DNA of 64,000 bases, from contig JAKLFP010000010.1 in the NCBI GenBank assembly GCA_022711115.1, forward strand, positions 14,330 to 78,329. The letters are read 5' to 3'. The notes beneath the pieces were generated by a model. It was not told the origin of the DNA. It saw only the letters and a program-made list of their open reading frames with translations, and did not search any database. Numbering within the stretch: position 1 is the first letter of the stretch; every line of letters starts with the position of its first letter. This document shows positions 52,132 through 58,921 of this stretch, piece by piece. The translations under genes were made by a program, and so were the position numbers. The stretch is from Candidatus Omnitrophota bacterium. Its GTDB lineage: Bacteria; Omnitrophota; Omnitrophia; Omnitrophales; Aquincolibacteriaceae.

Positions 52132-52911
52132 ATGGCTATTAATAAAAAAGTTGAAGAAGAGAATAAGATTTGGATATTAGAAATCGATAATCCTCCGATG
52201 AATAATTTAAATCCTGTTGTGGTCGACGGACTTAGTCGAGAAATTAAAAGTTTTAATGAAGATGCTGTCGCTCGTTCAATGGTCATAACAGGGGCTGGTG
52301 AAAGAGTGTTTATCGGTGGGGTAGCGATTGAGGAGATTAGGAAAATAAAGTCTTCAGATCAAGGGATGATTCTAGCGAAAAAAGGACAAGAATTATGTAA
52401 TCAGATAGAAAATTCCGAAAAACCTATTATTGCAGCTGTAAATGCCCTGTGCATTGGTGGAGGGACAGAAATCCTTTTGGCTTGCCATCTCCGTGTGGCT
52501 TCCGAGAAAACAAAATTTGGTCAACCAGAAATTGCGATGGGTTTTATGCCTGGTTTTGGTGGGACTCAACGATTGCCACGTGTAGTTGGAATTTCACAAG
52601 CGCGTCGCCTTATTTTATTGGGGGAAACTATCGACGCTCAAGAAGCATATCGAATAGGGTTAATTGATTTTCTTGTTTCTAAAGAAAAACTGCTATCAAC
52701 AGCTATGAATCTGGCCAAAAAAATAGCTGAAAAAGGACCAATAAGCATTTTAATGGCACAGCGCTCTATTCAAAAAGGCTATCAAATGAATTTAAAAGAC
52801 GGTCTTGATTTGGAACTGAAGTTATTCGGAGAGCTTTGCAAAACTGAAGACATGAAAGAAGGATTACAGTCTTTTATTGATCATCGAAAAGCTATTTTTA
52901 AGGGACGATAA
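52132..52911 (+). CDS. enoyl-CoA hydratase/isomerase (crotonase) family protein
   Basis: Crotonase oxyanion-hole region ALCIGGGTEILLACHLRVA and FGQPEIAMGFMPGFGGTQRL; 259 aa. Confidence 0.85.
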   Translation: MAINKKVEEENKIWILEIDNPPMNNLNPVVVDGLSREIKSFNEDAVARSMVITGAGERVFIGGVAIEEIRKIKSSDQGMILAKKGQELCNQIENSEKPIIAAVNALCIGGGTEILLACHLRVASEKTKFGQPEIAMGFMPGFGGTQRLPRVVGISQARRLILLGETIDAQEAYRIGLIDFLVSKEKLLSTAMNLAKKIAEKGPISILMAQRSIQKGYQMNLKDGLDLELKLFGELCKTEDMKEGLQSFIDHRKAIFKGR

Positions 52912-52917
52912 AATCTG

Positions 52918-53541
52918 ATGATAAGTGGAGTAATCTGCTTTGGTGATAGTATTTTAGCTGGGACAGGAGCATCATTTCGCGATAAAGGATGTGCCAAGCT
53001 ATTGAAGGCAAGATTAAAAATACCAGTCTCTTTGAAAGGAATTAATCGTAATACCAGCCAAGATGGTTTAATTCGCTTACAGCAAGATGTGCTAGACCAG
53101 AAGAATTTATCTCATGTGATAATCCTTTTTGGGAATAATGATTGTCGTTTTGTAGATTCTAACCGCTTTTCTGTTTCCCAAGATCATTTTATTGAAAATC
53201 TCAAAGAAATGGCCGCTAGCATTAAACGCAACCATCAAATCCCCATGTTTTGTAATTTACAGCCAATAGATTTTCCAATGCTATTTCAATTCATGCCGGA
53301 AGTTCAAAAAATTTATAGTGAAAACAAAATAAACCCCGAAGAACTTCAAGGGACATATAGTGATTTGATTGAAAATTTTGCTAAGAAGAGCGCCGAAATC
53401 TTAATCGATATTAGAACTCCATTAAAATGTAAAAAAAATGAAATTTTGGCAAAAGATGGACTGCATCCCAATGATTATGGCCATGAGATAATTGCGCAAA
53501 AGATTTTCGCTGAATTAAAAAAATACGATTCTACAATTTAA
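52918..53541 (+). CDS. SGNH/GDSL hydrolase (TesA-like thioesterase/lipase family)
   Basis: N-terminal block I ICFGDSILAG (catalytic Ser) and C-terminal DGLHPN block (catalytic Asp/His); 207 aa. Confidence 0.75.
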   Translation: MISGVICFGDSILAGTGASFRDKGCAKLLKARLKIPVSLKGINRNTSQDGLIRLQQDVLDQKNLSHVIILFGNNDCRFVDSNRFSVSQDHFIENLKEMAASIKRNHQIPMFCNLQPIDFPMLFQFMPEVQKIYSENKINPEELQGTYSDLIENFAKKSAEILIDIRTPLKCKKNEILAKDGLHPNDYGHEIIAQKIFAELKKYDSTI

Positions 53542-53577
53542 CTTTTGATTTATAACGAAACTCAGGAAAGCATCTCA

Positions 53578-55875
53578 ATGGCATTCTATATCCTGATAAC
53601 GGGACTTATTACCGCATCATATGCAGGCCTGGGCCTTTTCGTTTTTTTAAATGATCGAAGGAAATTTCTTTTTCGAATTTTTTTGTTATTTTGTTTGTCC
53701 GTCGCCTTATGGGCGTTTGGATATTTTATAACTCTCTTATCTCATATTACTTATCCAGTCGCAATTTTATCTAGCCGTATTTCGCATGCCATTGGGGCTT
53801 TTATTCCGATTACCTTTTTGCACTTTGTCTTGTCGTTTCTTCGCATTGATACTAATCATCGCCGACTTTTGCAAAACGGTTATATTGTATCCACAATTAT
53901 GTTCGGCATTGCACTAACACCATATGTGGTAAGCGATGTGGTGCAAAAGATGGATATTCGATTTTATCCCGAAAAAGGGTTATTTTATCCAATATATGCG
54001 GCGCTTTATTTGGTTTATGCGCTTGGATTTGCTCAGTTTTATCTATTTAAATCTTTTTTGAGCGCTACCGGAATTAATAAAAAGCGACTTCTTTTCTTTA
54101 TAGTTTCAACATTTGTAGGTTTTATCGGTGGTGTTTCGCTTTTCTTGCTAATATTTAATATTCCTGTTCCTCCTTATGCTAGTTCACTTATTGTAATTTG
54201 GCCATTTGCAATGGCGTATACGATTATTAAATATCGCGAATTTAATATAGAAGTTATTATTAAAAGGACATTGGTTTTTACTGGAGTTTTTGGTTCAATC
54301 ATTGGCATTGTTGCTATTGTGACAACACTTGCTCAAAATTATTTGGGGCAATATCTTGGTATAGGGCTGTTGGCGCGACAGATTTTTAGTGTTTTGATTG
54401 CCATCTTGCTTTTTGATCCGATTCGAAAACTGCTGATTAATCTCACGGACAAATACCTTTTTCAGAAAAAGTACGACTACCACAAGCTGCTCAAGGACGC
54501 GTCGCGGGGGATGTCGAACATCGAGAGCCTGGAGCGGTTGCTGGGTCTGGTCGTGCACTTCGTGACCATGAAGATGCGCGTGAAGAACGCGGCGGTGTTG
54601 ATGCGGGAAGGGGGCATGGATCAGTTTCATCTGGTGTATCAGCGCGGGTACGATAAAAAACACGTTGCCCTGACGCTCTACAGTAATGACCCGCTGATCC
54701 ATTACCTGGAGAATCATCAGGAGGCCGTGGACATCGAAAGGGTGAAAGAACAAGTCGAATCCGCCTCCCACCAGCGCGACAGAAGCGAGGTCGCGTATGA
54801 TTATGAAGCGATTCGCGAACGGATGATCCAGTTGCAGGCCAGCTGTTGCGTGCCGAGTTTTTTGGGCAAGGAGCTCAAGAATGTTCTTCTGCTCGGCGAA
54901 AAAAAATCCGGCGAATATTATTCCAACGAAGACCTGAATCTGCTTTACACGCTGGCGCAGGAATCCGCGATTGCGATCGAGAATGCCTGGCTTTATGATG
55001 AGGCCAAGAAAAAATCCCGAGAACTCGAACACATCAATGAGCAATTGGAACATTCCAAAACGCTTTTGATGAAAGCCTTGCAAGAAGCCGAAGGCGCGAA
55101 CAAACAGCTTCAGGACACACAGGCACAGTTGATCCACGAGCAGAAAATGGCGACCCTGGGCCGTCTGGCCGCGTCCGTGGGGCATGAAGTCAACAACCCA
55201 CTGACCATTCTGTCCATGAACGTGTCGCGCGTGATCCTCAAGTACCGGAAAAACCCGGATATGAAAGTGATCGAGATCCTGGATGTTTTTGACAAGATGG
55301 AAAAAAATATCGAGCGCATCAAAGCCGTGGTGAACACACTGACCGGGCTCCTCAAGAAATCCGAAAAAGGAAAATTCGAACCGCTGTCGCTCAAGCTGAT
55401 CCTGGAAGAAACCCTGCCGCTCGTGCAGTTCCAGACCTATCTGGACAATCTTTCGGGCACGGAAGTGGATTTCAACGTGCCGGGCAATATCCCGCTTATT
55501 CGCGGCGATCTGGAGCGTTTGCAGGAGGTATTTCTCAATCTTTTCATCAATGCCTATCATGCCATGGCCGGGAAGCGGCACCGCAAGATCGCGGTGGCTG
55601 CCGAGATCGACCCGCAGGACTCAAAGATGGTGGCGATCCATTTCAGGGACAACGGTTCGGGCATGACCGAAGATGTCATCAAAAAGGTCTTCAATTACGG
55701 TTTCACCACCAAACCGCTAGGCAAAGGATCAGGGCTCGGCCTGTATATGTGCAAGTACATCATTGAGCTTCACGGCGGGACGATTGTGGTGCAAAGCAAA
55801 GTCGGGGAGGGGACGACGTTCACGCTGACGCTGCCGATCTACGAGGAGTCTCCGGCGCTGAAGGCGCGAAGCTAG
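53578..55875 (+). CDS. sensor histidine kinase (7TM N-terminal sensor, GAF-like, HisKA, HATPase_c); compositionally chimeric
   Basis: ATG at 53578 with an AGGAAAG RBS; the ORF-track start at 53545 is a TTG. H-box LAASVGHEVNNPL; G-boxes DNGSGM and GSGLGLYM. GC jumps from about 35 to about 60 percent near nt 54450. Confidence 0.85.
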   Translation: MAFYILITGLITASYAGLGLFVFLNDRRKFLFRIFLLFCLSVALWAFGYFITLLSHITYPVAILSSRISHAIGAFIPITFLHFVLSFLRIDTNHRRLLQNGYIVSTIMFGIALTPYVVSDVVQKMDIRFYPEKGLFYPIYAALYLVYALGFAQFYLFKSFLSATGINKKRLLFFIVSTFVGFIGGVSLFLLIFNIPVPPYASSLIVIWPFAMAYTIIKYREFNIEVIIKRTLVFTGVFGSIIGIVAIVTTLAQNYLGQYLGIGLLARQIFSVLIAILLFDPIRKLLINLTDKYLFQKKYDYHKLLKDASRGMSNIESLERLLGLVVHFVTMKMRVKNAAVLMREGGMDQFHLVYQRGYDKKHVALTLYSNDPLIHYLENHQEAVDIERVKEQVESASHQRDRSEVAYDYEAIRERMIQLQASCCVPSFLGKELKNVLLLGEKKSGEYYSNEDLNLLYTLAQESAIAIENAWLYDEAKKKSRELEHINEQLEHSKTLLMKALQEAEGANKQLQDTQAQLIHEQKMATLGRLAASVGHEVNNPLTILSMNVSRVILKYRKNPDMKVIEILDVFDKMEKNIERIKAVVNTLTGLLKKSEKGKFEPLSLKLILEETLPLVQFQTYLDNLSGTEVDFNVPGNIPLIRGDLERLQEVFLNLFINAYHAMAGKRHRKIAVAAEIDPQDSKMVAIHFRDNGSGMTEDVIKKVFNYGFTTKPLGKGSGLGLYMCKYIIELHGGTIVVQSKVGEGTTFTLTLPIYEESPALKARS

Positions 55876-56055
55876 ACTTCAGACCACGGACGACAGACTA
55901 TAGACTGCAGACCCTAGATGGCAGATTTCAGAGCTGGAGGAAGTTGTCATTGCGAACGTTCCCCGCAATTCGTTGGACGAATCCGTCCGAGAAATTTGGC
56001 AGAAAGTGAAGCAATCTCGCAATATTCAGGCTTAAAGAATTAATAAAAAATAAAA

Positions 56056-56096
56056 AAGAGATTGCCATGCCATCAAAACGAGGCTCGCAATGACAG
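56056..56096 (+). repeat. hairpin repeat family copy A (GAGATTGCCAYGYC...CTCGCAATGACA)
   Basis: aagagattgccatgccatcaaaacgaggctcgcaatgacag, 9 nt upstream of the GIY-YIG start codon. Confidence 0.6.
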
Positions 56097-56104
56097 AGTA
56101 ACCT

Positions 56105-56386
56105 ATGTCAAAAAAAGGTTATGTTTATATTTTATCGAACTCTTCCAATACAGTTTTATATACCGGGGTAACATCAGATCTTTGGGCGCGAGTGGGTGAG
56201 CATAAACAAAAGTTAGTGAAGGGATTCACAAAACGGTATAATGTTACTAAGCTTGTCTGGTTTGAAGAATTTGGATCGATTCATGAGGCAATTGCGTCAG
56301 AAAAGAAAATAAAAGCAGGATCCAGAGCTAAAAAAATAAAATTGATTAAAACTCTGAATCCTGAATTTAGAGATTTAGCATTATAG
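56105..56386 (+). CDS. small GIY-YIG nuclease-domain protein (YhbQ/UPF0213-like)
   Basis: KGYVYIL...LYTGVT...FTKRYNVTKLVWFEEF is a GIY-YIG core; 93 aa. Confidence 0.8.
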   Translation: MSKKGYVYILSNSSNTVLYTGVTSDLWARVGEHKQKLVKGFTKRYNVTKLVWFEEFGSIHEAIASEKKIKAGSRAKKIKLIKTLNPEFRDLAL

Positions 56387-56390
56387 TTTT

Positions 56391-56433
56391 AAGAGATTGC
56401 CACGCCCCTCAAAACGGGGCTCGCAATGACAAA
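56391..56433 (+). repeat. hairpin repeat family copy B
   Basis: aagagattgccacgcccctcaaaacggggctcgcaatgacaaa, 5 nt after the GIY-YIG stop. Confidence 0.6.
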
Positions 56434-56479
56434 CAGGAGAAAAGTCGCAGTTTGTGGTTAGCGGTCTGGAGTTTTTAGT

Positions 56480-56836
56480 ATGAAAAAAATACTGATTGTG
56501 GATGATGAAGTCGGGATCGTGCAGGAGATCAAGGAATTCCTGACCGAAGAAGGCTATGACGCTTATACGGCGGATACAGCCAAGGAAGGGATCCGTCTGA
56601 TCCAGGAATTGAAACCGGATGTGGTTTTTATTGATGTGAAACTGCCGGATGCGTCCGGGATCGACGTGCTGAAGGCGTGTAAGGAAGAGTCTCCCAGAAC
56701 CAAGACCGTCATGGTGACGGGCTATGTGGATCAGAATTTGATGGATGAGGCCGAAGCGGTCGGGCGTGACGCGTTTCTTCAAAAACCTTTTGACCTTGTC
56801 CGCATCACCGAAGAAATCGAACGGTTGCTTGGCTAG
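56480..56836 (+). CDS. single-domain response regulator (CheY-like receiver)
   Basis: ILIVDDEVGIV...VVFIDVKLPDASG...K; 118 aa. Confidence 0.85.
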   Translation: MKKILIVDDEVGIVQEIKEFLTEEGYDAYTADTAKEGIRLIQELKPDVVFIDVKLPDASGIDVLKACKEESPRTKTVMVTGYVDQNLMDEAEAVGRDAFLQKPFDLVRITEEIERLLG

Positions 56837-56929
56837 ACTATAGGCCATCACTATAGACTGGAGACGGCAGACTGAGGCATGTCATCGCGAGCGAAGCGTG
56901 GCGATCTCCTGGCTATCGAAGTCGGTAAA

Positions 56930-57208
56930 ATGAAAAAAGGTTATGTCTATATTTTAGCAACTCCCTCCAACAAAGTTCTTTATACGGGCGTTACCGCAGA
57001 TCTTTGGGATAGGGTGACTCAACATAAAGACAAAACGGTCGAAGGGTTCACAAAACGTTACAACGTTACCAAATTGGTTTATTTTGAAGAATTCACATCC
57101 ATCATGGATGCGATCTCAGCGGAGAAAAAAATAAAAGCTGGATCCAGAGCTAAAAAAATAGAGTTGATTAAAACATTGAATCCTGCATTTAAGGATCTAG
57201 CGCAATAA
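56930..57208 (+). CDS. small GIY-YIG nuclease-domain protein (YhbQ/UPF0213-like), paralog
   Basis: MKKGYVYILATPSNKVLYTGVTADLW...FTKRYNVTKLVYFEEF. Start moved to the internal ATG to match its paralog. Confidence 0.8.
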   Translation: MKKGYVYILATPSNKVLYTGVTADLWDRVTQHKDKTVEGFTKRYNVTKLVYFEEFTSIMDAISAEKKIKAGSRAKKIELIKTLNPAFKDLAQ

Positions 57209-57210
57209 TT

Positions 57211-57253
57211 AGGAGATTGCCACGCCCTAAAAGACAGGGCTCGCAATGACAAA
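57211..57253 (+). repeat. hairpin repeat family copy C
   Basis: aggagattgccacgccctaaaagacagggctcgcaatgacaaa, immediately after the GIY-YIG stop. Confidence 0.6.
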
Positions 57254-57285
57254 AAGGGAAAAGCTTCAGACGGAGGTTTTCAATT

Positions 57286-57822
57286 ATGAATTTTATTCAA
57301 ACAGAAATTCCGGGTGTGATCCTGATCGAGCCCAAGGTCTTTCATGACCCGCGCGGCTTTTTTTATGAAAGTTACCGCAGAAAACTTTTCGCGGCCAACG
57401 GGATCAAGGACCATTTTGTCCAGGACAACATCAGCTCGTCGGCCAAAGGAGTTTTGCGCGGCCTTCATTATCAGATTGCGCCACGGGCTCAGGCGAAGCT
57501 GATGCGTGTGATCAAAGGGTCTGTTTACGATGTTGTTGTGGATATCCGGCCACGGTCCAAAACTTTCGGCAAATTTGTCGCGGTCACGCTTTCTGCGGAA
57601 AACAGAAAGTTACTTTATATCCCCAAAGGTTTCGCGCACGGTTTTTGCGTTCTGGAAGACGGCACGGAATTCATGTACAAGGTTTCGGACTATTATTCAC
57701 CCGAACACGAGCGAGGCATCCTCTGGAGTGATCCGGGTCTGGCGATCCCTTGGCCGAAGTTGGATCGCGCATTCATCCTTTCCGAGAAAGACAAAAAATA
57801 CCCTACCCTCAGCAGCTTATAG
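57286..57822 (+). CDS. rfbC: dTDP-4-dehydrorhamnose 3,5-epimerase
   Basis: Cupin RmlC motifs (FHDPRGFFYESY, RGLHYQ, DGTEFMYKVSDYY); 178 aa. Confidence 0.92.
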   Translation: MNFIQTEIPGVILIEPKVFHDPRGFFYESYRRKLFAANGIKDHFVQDNISSSAKGVLRGLHYQIAPRAQAKLMRVIKGSVYDVVVDIRPRSKTFGKFVAVTLSAENRKLLYIPKGFAHGFCVLEDGTEFMYKVSDYYSPEHERGILWSDPGLAIPWPKLDRAFILSEKDKKYPTLSSL

Positions 57823-57898
57823 CCGATAGCTCATGGACAATAGCTAATAGCTCATAGCTTTTAGCTATAAGCTAGAGTCTAGGGTCTCAAGTCTAGAG

Positions 57899-58330
57899 CT
57901 ATAGGTTTTCTTTCGGCGTGATATTCCAGTGATACAGGATTATGGAGGAACCTTGGGGGCCGATGTCGAGGGTGATTTGGGTTTCCGGTTTATCCTGAAA
58001 ACACATTTTGGAAGATTTTTGGCAGTAATAAATATCCGCCTTGAGCGCGAGGATGGCATGTCCCGGTCTTGTCTTGAGCGTGATCTTAAAAGTATTGCCG
58101 GAGAGTTTTGGCAATGGCTTCGGAATTTCAACAATGTCGGGATTGGCGGTCTGGCAGGCGATTGAATGAGGGGCCTGCGGGATGAGCTCGTAGCCCTTGG
58201 GAAGATAAAGCTTCACCGTTAAGGTTGTGTCTCCTTGCTGTACCTGAAAAGCCGTTGCCTCTGTCTGTGTGATTGACAGAAGCAACAGGAACAAACTTGA
58301 AAGGATGATTTTCCCGAAATATTTTTTCAT
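57899..58330 (-). CDS. secreted hypothetical protein
   Basis: Signal peptide MKKYFGKIILSSLFLLLLSITQTEA; 143 aa. Confidence 0.55.
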   Translation of the reverse strand: MKKYFGKIILSSLFLLLLSITQTEATAFQVQQGDTTLTVKLYLPKGYELIPQAPHSIACQTANPDIVEIPKPLPKLSGNTFKITLKTRPGHAILALKADIYYCQKSSKMCFQDKPETQITLDIGPQGSSIILYHWNITPKENL

Positions 58331-58480
58331 TTTAAGGAACCTTTAAAGTATTATCAATGGAATGAGAAGCTTTCTCAAGGAGAAAAACAACAGGCGACAG
58401 ACTGGCGACTCAAAGTCTGCCATCGCGAGCCGAAGGCGAAGCGATCTCTTATCAATGATTAAAATAATAAGGAATTAATA

Positions 58481-58533
58481 AAAGGAGATTGCCACGTCGC
58501 TCCTTTGGAGCTTCTCGCAATGACAAAATGACC
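58481..58533 (+). repeat. hairpin repeat family copy D (longer inner stem GGAGC/GCTCC)
   Basis: aaaggagattgccacgtcgctcctttggagcttctcgcaatgacaaaatgacc, upstream of the DUF167 gene. Confidence 0.55.
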
Positions 58534-58571
58534 GATTCCGTCTTCGCGAGCCAAATGCGGCAAAAGACGCC

Positions 58572-58802
58572 ATGAAGCTGACGATCAAAGTTAAAACGAA
58601 CGCTAAAGAGAACAGAGTAGAGAATACTGCGGACGGGGGATGGCGCGTTCTGGTGAAGGCCCCGCCGCAAGAAGGGCGCGCGAATGAAGCGGTCATCGAG
58701 GCGCTCGCGGGCCATTTCCGCGTTCCTAAAAGCCGGATTGCGATCATCGGGGGTTTCAAAAGCAAAACTAAAGTTGTTCGAGTCGGAGCGTGCGAGTGCT
58801 GA
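58572..58802 (+). CDS. DUF167 (YggU-like) family protein
   Basis: IKVKTNAKENRVE...VKAPPQEGRANEA...L...IIGG..S..K is a typical DUF167 pattern; 76 aa. Confidence 0.75.
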   Translation: MKLTIKVKTNAKENRVENTADGGWRVLVKAPPQEGRANEAVIEALAGHFRVPKSRIAIIGGFKSKTKVVRVGACEC

Positions 58803-58921
58803 TTTTTAGACCACAGACGGCAGACCACAGACAAGAGGCCCAACATCTCAAAAGAGCTTTCAGACTGCAGTCATCAGTCTGTAGTCTGATGGCAATAGTA
58901 TTTATGGTAAAATAGATTCAT

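Noticed and set aside
50551-53541. Interpreting KAS-ACP-crotonase as a polyketide beta-branching (HMGS) cassette or an aryl-polyene cluster
   Set aside because: There is no HMG-CoA-synthase-like gene, no second crotonase, no ketoreductase/dehydratase pair, and no chain-length-factor KS partner. The thioesterase plus methyltransferase context fits a free fatty-acid-derived product better. This remains only an inference.
54295-55581. 428-aa ORF on the minus strand, antisense to the fourth histidine kinase
   Set aside because: It lies entirely within the GC3-saturated half of the kinase gene, where stop codons (AT-rich) are rare on both strands. Its translation is low-complexity (Arg/Gly/His/Gln-rich) with no motif. 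It is an artefact of composition, though it is itself a useful indicator of the GC anomaly.
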